Source: Octopus vulgaris (Eukaryota). Taken from it: DNA of 64,000 nt. Under the pieces are notes generated by a model. That model had not been told where the DNA came from. It saw nothing but the letters and a program-made list of their open reading frames with translations, and did no database searches. The DNA lies in the NCBI GenBank assembly GCA_951406725.2, contig OX597817.1:152520001-152584000 (forward strand). Reading direction: 5' to 3'. The position numbers and the translations under genes were made by a program. Numbering within the stretch: position 1 is the first letter of the stretch; every line of letters starts with the position of its first letter. Shown piece by piece: positions 27,088-41,459 of this stretch.

Positions 27088-27680
27088 TGGTTGTTGTTGT
27101 TATTGTTGTTATTGTTATTATTGTTGTTATTTTATTACTACAATTACTACTACTATAATGATAATATTAATTATTATTAATAATTACTACTATGATTAAT
27201 AATAATATTAATAATAATATTAATATTGTTATTAATAATGATAATGATAATATTTTTAATCGTAATGATAATTATTATTATTTGCAGTAATAATAACAAT
27301 AATTTATTATTATTATTATAGTTGTTGTTACTTCTATTCTTACTATTATTACTAATAATACCACTACTAAAATGATTTTTATTAGCAGTAACAGTAATAG
27401 CAATCATCTGTGTTGTTGTTGTTGTTGTTACTCTAATTACTATTTCATTCTTCATTTGTGACTGAGATGGTGACCACAAACACTGTGATACAATCTTGTA
27501 CCAACGAAGAAACAAACAAAAAAAAAAAAAGCAAAGAGGGAAAGATCAAGAAAAAGAGTTGTTGTTTTTGTTATTGTTGTTCTTTTTAATGATGATGATG
27601 ATGATGATGATGGTGATGATGGTGATAATAGTGACAGTGACAGCACCGATGACAGTGATGACGATGTCGATGACAATTTC
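27088..27680. repeat. Compound trinucleotide microsatellite field (TTG/ATT/AAT/GAT)
   Basis: Read directly from the sequence. Confidence 0.9.
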
Positions 27681-30371
27681 CTACGTTTACACAATACAAA
27701 CATCGTGGTGTAGAAATACGGTTAATTCAGTTGACTGCAGTACATAACTGGTATTTGTGTTATCTCCCCGGAGGAGATGAAAGGCAAAGTCAATCTCAGT
27801 GGGATTTTAACTCAGAATAAATAAATACAGATGTAAATACTATTGGGCATTTATTCTGTTGCTCTATCATTTCTGATACTATGCAGTCTTTGTAACAATA
27901 ACAAGCATTTCTTTATATGCATTGAGCCCTGAAAGAAGAGGTACTACAAAGATGAAACACCCAAATACACAGAATGGGAGGTTACATTAGGTGATAAGGA
28001 AAATTACAAATGCATTGCAATATTAAAATACAAAGAAGGCAGTGAGCTGGCAGAATCATTATCATGTTGGGCAAAATGCTTAGTAACAATTCATCTGTCT
28101 TTGTGTTCTGAGTTTAAATTCTGCTGAGGTTCGCTTTGCCTTTCATCTTTTTGGGGCCAATAAAATTAGTGCCATTTGAGCAATGGGGGCAATGTAATCG
28201 ACTTATTCCCTTCTCGCTGAAATTTCAGCCCTTGTGCCTATACAGAAAGGAATATTAACATTCAAGAGGGAAAAGCCACATAAGGACAACCAGTTCACCC
28301 CACATAAACCCCAGTTGCTCTCATTATGAAGTCAAGTGCCATGTTATGCTTGTTAAGCTATAAATAAGATTTGGCTCATCTATTCACTCTCATTCACTTT
28401 CCATGAAATGTACTGCCAACCACTCTTATATAAACATGAGGTGGCCATATATCTTTTCTATAGCAAGACACCTCTACTTCTGCTTGTCCATGGTGTAAAT
28501 TCCCTTCTCCATCCTCTCAAATACTGCCCCCACTTAGTTGAAATGACTTTTCCCTTTTCTTGTTTTTTTCCCATCTTGTGAGTGACTTGGCAACTCTACT
28601 AGTGCCAGTAGCATGAACAAGCGCCCAGTACACACTGTTAAGTTGAAGGACATCCAGCAGTAAAAACCATGTCAGTGCTGACATGGAGCACAATGCAGCG
28701 CTATGACTTGCCAGAACCTGTCAACCCATCTATCCCATACTAGCATTGAAAATGGGAATTAAATGATGATAACCCTAAACCTAACCCTAACACTGATGAT
28801 AATAGCAGTCAGAACTTCTCTTTTTTCAAATAATACTGGAGAAAGTGGGCGAGAGATTTGATAGAAAGATCAAAAACAAATAAACAAACAAAAATCTTGA
28901 TCTCAAACCTTTCAGTCTTGCCCATCATAGTATCACTTTATTTATAGCTTTTAAGGACAAAAATACTGCTTGAATTAGGTGGTTATAAGTACTTTTATCA
29001 TCTGTTCCACGTGACACAACAGGGAACAAGAACAGGTGCTCTACCACATCACAAACATGTCCTGTTGTTTGAACTGATGTGTCATTCCTTTTGTCTTGAT
29101 TTCTCCTTCTTCATAGTCCCTTACACTAAATGACTTCTTGCCTTGTTCAGTACATTTTTATTAAAAAAAAAAAATAATGCATACAATGATTATGAATACA
29201 GTTCTAATAGTGGGGTAAATTTTACATTGCAAGGAAGAAAAGCTCCATGAGGCTCTGGTGGGAGCTGGGGGTGGCAACCCCTGTTGTACTCTTTCGCCAC
29301 AACTTTCTCTCACTCTCTCTTTCTGTTTCTGGTGTCCCGTCCAGATGATGAAAGGTTAGAGAGAGACAGAGAAGCAGAAACAGGTGTTTTGCTGTAGAGG
29401 AGGTAACCATGTACCTCGTCTACAGCAAGACACCTGTTTCTGCTTCTCTGTCTCTCTCTAACCTTTCAGTAACCATGTACTTCCTCTACAGCAAGACACC
29501 TGTTTCTGCCTCTCTGTCGCTCTCTAACCTTTCATCATCTGGCACAAGATCACCTCCTCCAATGCCCCCTCCCCTCTCAAAGATTCCTTGTCTTGCAAGT
29601 TACTTGGTGACCCTGTCAGTGTTGGTGTCTCATAAAAAGCATCCAGTCCACACTGTAAAGTGGTTGGCATTTTGGAAGGGTATCCAACTGTAAAAACCTT
29701 GCCAAAACTGAACTTGCTGGTGCTGGTACCATGTAAAAAGCACTCAGTCTACTCTGTGTGGTGGTTGGTGTTAGGAAGGGCATCCAGCTGTAAAAACCCT
29801 GCCAAAACAGACACATAAGTCTGGCGTAGTCTTCTGTCTGGGCGGCTCCTGTCAGACCGTCCAACCCATGCCAGCATGGAAGGTGGATCTTAAACAATGA
29901 TGATGATGATGAGGATAGAGGGAGAGAAGGAGTAGGTGGAGAAATCAGTATAATATTGAAGAAGAGTACTGCCCATATACACCATCATCATAATCATCAT
30001 TTAACATCCATGTCTCATGCTGGCATGCATTGGATAGTTAGACAGACTCTGCTGGTGCCAAGGATTACATCTTGCTCCAGTGTCTTTTTGGCATGGCTTT
30101 TACAGCTGGATGCCTTTCCTAATGCCAACCACTTAACTGTGTATACTGGGTGCTTTATTTCATGTCACCTGCACTAGTGAGATTGCCATACAGCTTGTAA
30201 GATTATGTACATTGAGTGGGGAGCGAGAACTTTATGCAAAGAGAATAAGGAGTAGAAAAGAGAAGGCAAAGCAAGTTTCTTGTTGAAGTGGAGCTTCCAC
30301 ATAAGCCTCTACTTAGTTGGTAACAGGTTTTGCTGTTTCATCACAATTACTCATTAGTATTAGGAAGTATA

Positions 30372-30688
30372 GTGGAGGCGCAATGGCCCAGCGGTTAGGG
30401 CAGTGGACTAGCGGTCGGAGTATCGCCGTTTCGATTCCCAGACCGGGTGTTGTGTGTATTTATTGAGCGAAAACACCTAAAAGCTCCACGAGGCTCTGGC
30501 AGGGGGTGGTGGCGACCCCTGTTGTACTCTTTTGCCACAACTTTCTCTCACTCTCTCTTCCTGTTTCTTGAGTAACGCTGTGATGGACTGGCATCCTGTC
30601 CAGCTGGGGAGAATACATATGCCACAGAAACCGGGAAACTGGGCCCATGAGCCTGGCTAGGTTTGAAAAGGGCGACATTTATTGTTTT
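30372..30688 (+). mobile_element. tRNA-derived SINE with 14-bp TSD
   Basis: Head gtggaggcgcaatggcccagcggttagg...gtttcgattccc; TSD tattaggaagtata at 30358-30371 and 30689-30702. Confidence 0.9.
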
Positions 30689-32014
30689 TATTAGGAAGTA
30701 TAACCAGCTTAAAAACTACTCATTTCACTGTGTAACAATTTTTGTCCTTGGATAGCAGCTGTTATTTCTTATTTGCTTATCCTTAGAAAGTATGAAAAAG
30801 GGCTAATATTTCTTTCAAACTTTGTTTTTGTTACATCTATTCAAACCCCAAAGAATCCCACTCAACACATGGCTCTGATGCTCCTGCACTACTCCTGCTC
30901 ATGATCAGAGAGGCACATATTGTCAGCCACTAAGGATATACTCAAGTTGTTAACGTCAAGCAACTGACAAGCAAATCTGCGCTATTGAGCAGAATATTTA
31001 CTATAGCAATATTTCTGCTTCAGCAACTCAGTGCTGAATCTTTCTGAAATGTAATGGAAAATAGGTCAGTCTCAAAACATTCATGTCCAGGTCACAAAAG
31101 CAAAGTTTGAAGGGAAAAGTAGTCATTTCCTTTGATTTTTAGATAGAAGCAAAAAGGAAATAACACTTAATGGCCAAAGACAAAGAGAAAAATTTATTAC
31201 ACAGTATTATTCACACTGATGCATTACTGGAAATTAAGTTTTTGGATTTACTAATTCCACATTCCTGACAAATAAGCTGAGTGGATTCACTTAGTAATTT
31301 CATTTGAAACAGATCAGTGTAAAAGCTAATTTTCTCTTACCAGAATATACAGTATCATTACATCATCATCATCATCATTTTAAGTTTGTTTTCCATGCTT
31401 GTATGGATTGTACGATTTCGCAGGAGCTGACAAACCAGAGGATTGCACTGAGCCCTACTCTCTGCTTTGGTAAGTTTTCTATGGCTGTATGCTCTTCCTA
31501 ACATCAACCATTTTATGGAGTGTATGGGATGCTTTTTAATGTGACCCCAGCACCAGTAAGGTTACCGGGTAATTAACAAGACAAAGATCCCTCATCTGAG
31601 AAGGGGTGGGTAGTATTAAGGGAGGTGGCTTTGTGCCAGGTGATGAGAGGTTAAACCATGATAGAGGGACAGAAATGGGTATCTTGTTTTAGAGGCTGCC
31701 CCAGTCAGAGGAAAGAAAGAAAGAGAGAGAGAGAGGGAGATAGATAGATAGATAGAGATAGAGAGAGAGAGAGAGAAGATAGTGAAGAGGTGTTGGATTG
31801 CACCATCAGCAATAGGATGTTACAAAAGAGGAACTGTTTTAACCAATCATTTGAGTATGCATATCTCATTATGCATTTGAATGTACAAATTAGTGAACCA
31901 CACCTAAGCTGTGCATGCTTGTAAAATAAATATAAAGCAATAAAATAGATATATATAAATGCAAATACATTTATGCATATATACATATACACACACACAC
32001 ATTGCCGAAGCACA

Positions 32015-32051
<37 letters not shown>

Positions 32052-32052
<1 letters not shown>

Positions 32053-32280
32053 AATTTTATTTCATAATGAGATAAAAACCAAGGCTGTGTAGATTTTAGA
32101 ACATTTATAGATAGGTCTTACAGCTGTTTCCAGGATATTTTATTTCTTAACCATCCTCTCACACCGTCTCCAATGAAGGGATATAAAAAATATCCTAGAA
32201 ACAGCTGTAAGACCTTCTATCTATAAATGTTCTAAAATCTACACAGCCTAGGTTTTTTATCTCATTACGAAATAAAATTT
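32052..32280. repeat. Foldback inverted repeat (~90-bp arms), probable Penelope-like element terminus
   Basis: aaattttatttcataatgagataaaaacc...caggatatttt (32052-32141) is the near-perfect reverse complement of 32186-32280. Confidence 0.85.
32166..32213 (+). ncRNA. Decayed minimal hammerhead ribozyme motif
   Basis: GTCT-CCAATGA-a-GGGATA-taaaaaa-TATCCT-a-GAAAC-AGCT-GTA-AGAC. Stems I and II, GAAA, a palindromic stem III and a GUA cleavage triplet are present; the CUGAUGA core has two mismatches. Confidence 0.6.
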
Positions 32281-32634
32281 TTATATACACACGCTGACAT
32301 ATGACCAATGTTGAACCCCTTATTTACATAATCACTGAACCTGGAACTTAACTGCAATCCATCTATAGCACTTATTCAGCTTTACCTGACTCCTCTGGGT
32401 CTCAATGACACCATTATCTTTCATATATATATATATTTTACAACAAAATTTTATATCTTGGACATAGAGTTACCCAAGGTTTCACATCCACAAAGCTTAA
32501 AGCCTTGTGGACAGCTCGTCAGACTCTATATAAAAAGACAAAAATTTTAAAATTTCTACATCACTGATGTAAGGAAACGCTTGGAAAACGAGAAATTCTT
32601 TAGAGTGTGCTTTTTCTGATAAATGTTTTTTTAT

Positions 32635-32669
<35 letters not shown>

Positions 32670-32671
<2 letters not shown>

Positions 32672-33704
32672 AGATGCACAGGCACGATAAACACTGAAAA
32701 TGTACAGAAAATAGACTCCATCAACTGCCAGCGAGATAAGCTAGAGCTAGTTGATAGCTTCTGTTGTCTAGGTGACCAAGTTAGTAGCAGTGATGGATTC
32801 TCCAAGATTGTAGCTTTGAGAATAAGATTAGGCTGGGCAGAGTTCAGAGAGCTCCTGCCCCTGCTGGCAACAAAGGGCCTCTCTCTCAGAGTGAAAGGCA
32901 GATTGTATGATGTCTGTGTGTGAACAGCTATGCTACATGGCAGTGAAACATGGGCTGTGGCAGCTGAGGACATGTGTAAGCTTGAAAGAAAGGAAGCTGG
33001 TATGCTTTGCTGGATGTGCAATGTCAGTGTGCATGCTTGACAGAGTGTAAGCATCTTGAGAGAAAAGTTGGACATAAGAGGTATCAGATTTGGTGTGCAA
33101 GAAAGACAACTGTACTGGTATGGTCATGTGATGCACATGGACGATGATAGCTGTGTAAATAAGTGCCGATCTCTAACTATGGAGAGAACCTGTGGTAGAG
33201 TAGTTGGTGAAGTATGATCTTCAAACTTTGGGCCTCACAGAGGCAGTGACTAGTGACTGAGACCTTTGGCGATATGTTGTGCTTGAAAAGACCTGTCAAG
33301 TTGTGGCTGATGCTGGTGCCACATAACTGGCACCCATGCCAGTGGCATGTAAAAAGCAACTTTCGAGCGTTGGACCTCACAGAGGCTAAGTGGCCGATGC
33401 CAGTGGCATGTGAAAAGCTCCTTTTGAGTGTTGGGCCTCATGGAGGTAATGACCAAGATCTTTGGCATTATGTCATACTTGAGAAGAAGACCATTCAAGC
33501 CAAGTAAAATCACAGTTGTGGCAGATACCAGTGGCACATAAAAGCACCCATTACATTCTCTGAGTGGTTGGCATTAGGAAGGGCATTCAGCTGTAGAAAC
33601 TATGCCAAATCAGACTTGAGTCTGGTGCAGCCTTCCAGCTTGCCAGCCCTAGTCAAACTGTCCAACCCGTGCCAGTATGGACAATGGACGTTAAATGATG
33701 ATGA
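32670..33704 (+). mobile_element. Decayed RTE family B 3' fragment with 3' UTR
   Basis: LELVDSFCCLGDQV, FRELLPLL, AMLHGSETW and WYGHV motifs on +, followed by tail motif repeats and gatgatgat. Confidence 0.87.
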
Positions 33705-33721
33705 TCACACACATACATATA

Positions 33722-34540
33722 TACAGGGTGCGACAGGTAAATTGTTGCCATTTGTTCATTGTTTTTTAATTTATTGGCTACACAGTATAGTAGGGTTAGT
33801 TGGGCACTGTCTGAGAAAAACAGCACAATGATGCAATTCCTCTGCCAGAAATTTGAAAATGACATACTGTACTGCTTGGCATTGATGCTGGAAGAGTCAA
33901 TACAAACATTTCAGAGTGTTTGGGTGTCAATCTGAAACAGTGCAGAGGATTCAGAAAGAGTTAGATAAATCTAAAGGTGATTATGAAACTCACTCTGATC
34001 ATTCTGATAAGAAAAGAACTCCTGAATTTGTTGGTGACATCTAGGCCATGATTGACAATGATCCCGCCAAGTCAATCAGGTCCATTGCCAAGGACATGGG
34101 AGTGTCTGAGTTTCTTATCAGGGAAGTAGTGCATGAAGACATTTGGTATTCCTCGTACAAGATGAGAAAGGGCCAGTTTTTATTCCAAGCTATCAAGGAC
34201 AAGAGGAAAGACTATGCTATGAAGCTTTTGAACAAACTCAAGCATCCCCTCCAACCAAACATGCTTTGGTTTTTCTCAGATGAGAAAAAATTCTGTCAGT
34301 ATAAGACGGTGAACACACAAAACAACCGTTGGCTTGCCATGTCCCCAAAACATGTACCGAGAGTGATAAAAATCAAACATCCAGTCAACATCTTAGTATT
34401 TGGAGTGATCACTAGTGATGGTGATGTTATGCTGCCATTCATCTTCCCAGGCTTACATTAAGTACCTGGAGGGGGTAGTGCTGCCCTGTTATTTTCATTT
34501 TTGCGTAATTTAGATGACAATTTATTCACTGCTCCCTGTA
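33722..34540 (+). mobile_element. Internally deleted Tc1/mariner-superfamily transposon
   Basis: Termini ta-cagggtgcgacaggtaaattg / caatttattcactgctccctg-ta. ORF 34048-34461 has an HTH (SIRSIAKDMGVSE), FSDEKKF, QNNR and VFGVITSDG; the rest of the catalytic domain is missing. Confidence 0.9.
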
Positions 34541-35307
34541 TAAATATATAAAACATATATATGTATGTATGTATACACACACACACATATGTATACACAT
34601 ACATACATTTGCATGCACACATCCTAACATGTGCAATTTATGTATATACACATACAAGATAAAGAACATTAGAACATTTTTTTCTGAAACCAAAAAACCA
34701 TTATCATTATTGTTGTCATTAAGAAATCATTGTTAATTGTTATTGTTGTTGTTAAGTGTAATCTATACACATATAATAATGGAGTGGGTACATGTGTATT
34801 TGTATGTGTGTGTGTATATATCATCAATATGTATGTGTGCATGCGTGTGTGTGTGTCCATGTATATATCATCGTCAATATGTATATATGTGTGTGTGTGT
34901 GTGTGTACGTATGTGTGTATGTATGTATGTATCTAATTGTATATATACACACATATACACACGTGTATGCACACACAGAAAGGGAAATGTAGTTACTTGA
35001 TCTCTTAATAGGTGGTGAATGGTAGAAATTACCTCCATAGTTTGATCAGTCATTAATATACTTACTTTAGGAGATGATTGCTATTATGTTGACGGTAGTG
35101 GTACCAGTGGTGCTGCAACAAAACACCAGGCTGGTGTAATTAATTTGTTAGTTTCAATAGAATAGTTTCTAGCTTCAAGCTTAGACATGCCTTAGGTTTT
35201 TTTTCTCTTCATTATCAAGTAAGTACTGCTCATATCTTGCATGTATTTCTTCAGTTCTCAGAGGAAGTCTCGGCTTAGCTTAGCTTTTAATTTGTCTCAT
35301 CTCATTT

Positions 35308-35692
35308 GGATGGAAGCACTCCGTTGGTTACGATGATGAGGGTTCCGGTTGATCCGATCAACGGAACAGCCTGCTCGTGAAATTAACGTGTAAGTGGCTG
35401 AGCACTCCACAGACATGTGTACCCTTAACGTAGTTCTCGGGGATATTCAGCGTGACACAGAGAGTGACAAGGCCGGCCCTTTGAAATACAGGTACAACAG
35501 AAATAGGAAGTAAGAGTGAGAGAAAGTTGTGGTGAAAGAGTACAGCAGGGATCACCACCATCCCTGCGGGAGCCTCGTGGAGCTTTAGGTGTTTTCGCTC
35601 AATAAACACTCACAACACCCGGTCTGGGAATTGAAACCGCGATCCTACGACCGTGAGTCCGCTGCCCTAACCACTGGGCCATTGCGCCTCCA
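35308..35692 (-). mobile_element. Young full-length tRNA-derived SINE with 12-bp TSD
   Basis: TSD ctcatctcattt at 35296-35307 and 35693-35704; near-identical reverse complement of 46327-46712. Confidence 0.92.
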
Positions 35693-36838
35693 CTCATCTC
35701 ATTTAACCTTCAATACACAACGGTTCTGACAGTAAAAACTGCAACTGTTGAACTTATAGAATTGTGGTGGCTCTTAAACCTGGTGGTTCTGATCTCATCT
35801 TTTGTCCCACTTTTTTTCAGTCATTGGACTGTAGCCATGCTGGAGCATCATCTTGAAAGGTTTAGTTGAACAAATTAACCACACTACTTATTTTTAAATA
35901 TGGTATTTATTCTGTTGGTTTCTTTTGCCAAACCGATAAGTTACAGGGACATAAACAAACCAACAGCGGTTGTCAAGTAGTTGTGGGAGACAAACACAAC
36001 TTACACACACACGCTCACACACACACACATGTACTCGTAATAGGTTTCTTTCACTTTATGTCAATCAAATCCATTCACAAGACTTTACTTGACCTGGGGA
36101 GTTCTATTGTATAGAAGACACTTGTGGAAGGTATTGTGCAGTGGGGCTGAACCCAAGACCACATGGTTGGAAAGCAAGATTCTTAATTACACAGCCACAC
36201 CTATGGCTCTTTTGCAAGCCTCCAGTCTCCAGTCTGCTGATAACTTCATCCCTTACTCCTATCATTTCCCTGAAAAGGGTCACAAGTGCTTCTTTTTCTC
36301 CTCTAATTCAGTCATGTAAAAAAAAAAGAACGTTTGTGGGTCTACTATTTCGTTGCTGTATAATGACCTCTACTGTGTTGAACAGTTGGAGCTGTGAACT
36401 GGGTTGTAGGATAATGTTTTACTGCCTATCAGTTGGTACCAGCACTGTATAATGGCTACTAAAGCCTTATTTGTCTGATATTCCTTAGCCATTGGACTCT
36501 ACCTTTTTCCTTATGTAATACACATTGATCAATATACTCCTAGAATATTGGTAAAAGCCAAAAATCTGCTCAAAGTGGGTTTGGCCTTTACACAGCAATG
36601 TCAGCAGTTAATGACAACAGTGTTTACAGCCTCCAAAACGTGATTACTGTTTGTTTTTATCATATGCAGGCATGGCTGTGTGGGTTAGAAAGTATAATTC
36701 TTAACTACACAGTTTCAGGTTCAGCCCCAGTATTTGTCACTTTGGGCAGGTGTCTTCTATTATAACTCTGGGTCAACCTAAGTCTTGCAAGTAGATTTTG
36801 TAGGTGGAAACTGAAAGAAGCCTGCCATATATATATAT

Positions 36839-36870
<32 letters not shown>

Positions 36871-37274
36871 CCATTTATATATATATATTTATATTTATAT
36901 ATGTATATATATATTTATATTTAATATATATATATATATAATGTATGTGTGTCTTAGCATCTCATGATAGTTGTAAGCAAGTGTCATTGTCATGTGTAAA
37001 GACATATCCAGCCAAGGGTAGATAATACCTTTCTTGGAAACATATGAGGGTTGGTGATAGGAAGGGCATCCAGCTCAACGAATTCCATTTGATTCACGTA
37101 AGCATGGAAAATTGGATAGTACAACAATGATGATGATGATAAACTCTGTAAGATGAATGCAGTTAATCCTTGTGGGATTTATATATGGACTGTAAAGAGA
37201 TATAAATATCACACAACATTTAGTCTGGCACTCTATTGTATCTCACAATCTAACCAATTTCATTCCATTTAGAG

Positions 37275-38063
37275 CAGTGATTCTCAACAGGGGTCCTTAT
37301 GACCCTTGGGGGTCCATATAAGATTTTGTTGCTAAAATTTATGTGCAATAAATTGGTTATAGTTCTACGGCACACAAAATATTTAACAATATTTTAATCC
37401 AGTTTCTAATAATATATGCTTATAAAAGTACAGTAGAATTTTTTAAACATTGAATGGCTGTGTGGGCCCACCTGAGTAAAATAAGAATGAAAGGGGTCTA
37501 CAACTAAAAGAATGGTTGAAAACCACTAAAATAAAAAAAAGTAAAGTTACCTTTTTGAGTCATTCCAAACCACAAAGACCACTTTCCCAGTTTCATGGCA
37601 CCTAAATTCCCCACCAGGATGAGACGCTGGTCCGTTGCAGGATGACTCATTTTTGTGAGCTAAGTAGATTAGTGAAACATGAAATGAAGTGTTTTGCTCA
37701 AGAACACAATGAGTCACCTGGTCCAGGAATTGAAACTACAATCTTATGATCATGAGTCCAACACCCTAACCACTAAGCCATGTGCCTCTGCTAAAAAGGT
37801 AAAGTTAGCTTCTTGAGTCGTATCGATTCATAAGGGCTGGTTTCCTGGTTTCATGATGTATAAATTCCCCACCTGGACAGGATGCCAGTCTGTCGCAGGA
37901 TGACTCAATTTTGTCAGCTGAGTGGACTGGTGTAACATAAAATGAAGTGTTTCGCTCAAGAACACAATGCATCACCCTGTCCAGGAACTGAAACTACAAT
38001 CTTACAATCATGAGTCCAACATCCCTAACCACTAAGCCACATGCCTGCACTTGAGAACCACTG
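37275..38063. mobile_element. hAT-type MITE with two tandem SINEs nested in its right TIR
   Basis: cagtgattctcaac...ttgagaaccactg termini and 8-bp TSD atttagag (37267-37274, 38064-38071). Two head-to-tail minus-strand SINEs at ~37540-37790 and ~37795-38050. Confidence 0.85.
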
Positions 38064-39189
38064 ATTTAGAGCAAATATTTGTGTGCTGAGTCAGATGTTG
38101 CAACTCTGGGCCAGCTATTTCTACCATCCTCAATGCTCATTTTTGCTGCATCACCCCACTTTCTCTCTCTAACCCTCGCTCTCTAGCCAAATGTAATGGC
38201 TTGCTTTCTCAGTAGCTTTTGACAATTCCAGCAATGTCTTTTCTCTCTTTTGTCGCTAGTCCAAGACTTCTGACCACTGAGTGTACCCTGGTTCCAACAA
38301 ATCTAACACCTGCCTCTACAGGAAGGCATATTGATCTATTAATAGATTTTTGCATAGTGGATGCATAACATATACTATGTAGACAACATTGTATTTATCT
38401 GGCCGATGCCAGCGCCACCTTGACTGGCTTCCGTGCCGGTGGCACGTAAATTGCACCAATCCAATCGTGGCCATTGCCAGCCTCACCTGGCACCTGTGCC
38501 CGTGGCAAGTAAAAAAGCACCCACTACACTCATGGAGTGGTTGGCGTTAGGAAGAGCATCCAGCTGTAGAAACACTGCCAGATCAGACTGGAGCCTGGTG
38601 CAGCCTTCTGGCTTCCTATTTCCCGGTCGAACCGTCCAACCAATGCTAGCATGGAAAACGGACGTTAAACGATGATGATGATGATGATGATGAAAATAAT
38701 TTAATGAGTGTGTGTACATGTGTATAGATTGACATGTAGAAAACGAAAGTTGTCTTTTTGTTATTTTGAGGCAAAAATGAAGTGATGAAGGATTGCTTGG
38801 TAGCTGTGTAAGGAGAGGAGGGAGGAGACATAGTGGCAAGGGAGAAGGAGGTGGTGTTCATGTAGTCAAAGTTTTGGGAGTGGGTAGGAGGTAGAAAGGT
38901 AATAAAAAAAGATTACGTGGGTGCAAGGTGGGGTAGATTGAGTGACAACTAGTAATTGCATAAACAGTGGAAAGAAAAGGTGAGGATGAAGAAGGAAGAG
39001 TAGAAGGCATAGGTGTCAAGGAGAGGAGGAGAGAAAAAGAAGGGGAGATTTGTTTCTTAGAAATTTAAGAGTAGAATTTTAATTGGGTGTGTATGTGCAA
39101 ATTGTAAGTTTATATGACTGTGTATCTGAGTATATGTATATTGTAAATGTTTGATCTGCATGGGGATGTGTTTGCTGTTTTTACCTTTG

Positions 39190-39745
<556 letters not shown>

Positions 39746-40214
39746 TTGTGTCCACACACACATGCACACAGACACACATATGTACAGATATACAGTTTAA
39801 TATTTGTGTGTGACAACACTATAATGTCAGTCCTTCTCCCCATTACATATCACACCAACAACCTTTGTCATGATATGATTCCTTTTAAAAGCAGAATGAT
39901 TGCTTAACTCACACAACACTACCAGTCTTTCCTCAAGAGAAAGTGAGAGAGAGAGAGACAGAAAGAATGAGTTTCTGTGAGAGTGTGTTTGCATTTGCAG
40001 TTGTATGTGTAAAAGCAGGGATATATGTGCAGAACAAAGAGTGAGAGGAAATGAAATAAAAAAATAATTACATCCTGGATTGACATTGGTCTTTGAAATG
40101 TAAACATACATAGACGTACACACCATGCATGCCTAGATGCAGACACATAAAATCATATGTATATATGTGTGTGTGTGCGTGTGTTTGTATCTGTCTGTCT
40201 GTCTCTCTCTCTCT

Positions 40215-40259
<45 letters not shown>

Positions 40260-41459
40260 CGTGGCCGTTGCCAGCACTACCCTGACTGGCCTCCGTGCCG
40301 GTGGCACGTAAAAAGCACCATCCGATTGTGGCCGTTGCCAGCCTCATCTGGCACGTAAAAAGCACCCACTACACTCACGGAGTGGTTGGCGTTAGGAAGG
40401 GCATCCAGCTGTAGAAACACTGCCAGATCAGACTGGGCCTGGCGCAGCCTTCTGGCTTCCCAGACCCCAGTTGAACCGTCCAACCCATGCTAGCATGGAA
40501 ACGGACGTTAAACGATGATGATGATGATATATATATATATATGTATACATACATGCACACACACATGCATATATTGAAAATAGGTGAGAGAGAGATGAAA
40601 GAACTGTTAACCCTTACATCATCATCATCAAGATTGCATGGCTAGATGGCCAAGGAGAGTAATAATATCACCTCTCTTTTATACCATGGACATGTCTCTA
40701 TCTATCACTCTCTTTCTCTTACAGGTACTAGTTATAGGGGTCCTCTGTCAATATGCAAGTAACTTCAATTTCTGTCAAATTTTCATTGAGGGGCCATCTA
40801 GTCGTGTAATCTCAATTGAATCTCACTACAACTCATTGCCACCTTTGTGAAGGAAGTTCGAGTGCATGTGCACATTTGATGCTTGTCTATGTTTCTTTAT
40901 ATCTGTTCACATATGAGCATGTGCATCGGACATTTCATTCTTAATGACCTGATATGTATGTATGTATAGATAGACAGATAGATAAATAGATATTGCAGAT
41001 GACAATATTGCAATCTGTGAATTTGGTAGGGAGCACATAGTTATGTGTGTGTGTGTTGCAGATGACAAAATTACAGTCTGTGAATTGTTTTATGTGTGTT
41101 GTTATATGGGTGCATGTATGCTTATAACTATCCTGTGGGCCCCACATACATGTTTCTGTGTGTAATACATTGTTCATGTATGTGTTTATGTATATATATC
41201 TACACTGTTATGTTGATGATAATTTAACAGTATATATTATCGCAGTGAGCTCAGTTCCTTCTGCATTGCCAAAAATTAATTGTTACTTGAATAATAATGA
41301 AAAGACTTCTTCCCCTTCCTCAACCTTATCTACTACCCCCCCACATACACACCATAGCAATTGCATACACACAAAGGCTTTATATAACCGAAGGAAGTTG
41401 AAATTGCAACTGCAATTCAAGCTGCAATTAGTACCTGCTTACACTTAGCTCAAGAGCCC

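Noticed and set aside
28770-28791. Telomere-like taaccctaaacctaaccctaac
   Set aside because: Only about three imperfect units at a repeat tail; not an interstitial telomere array.
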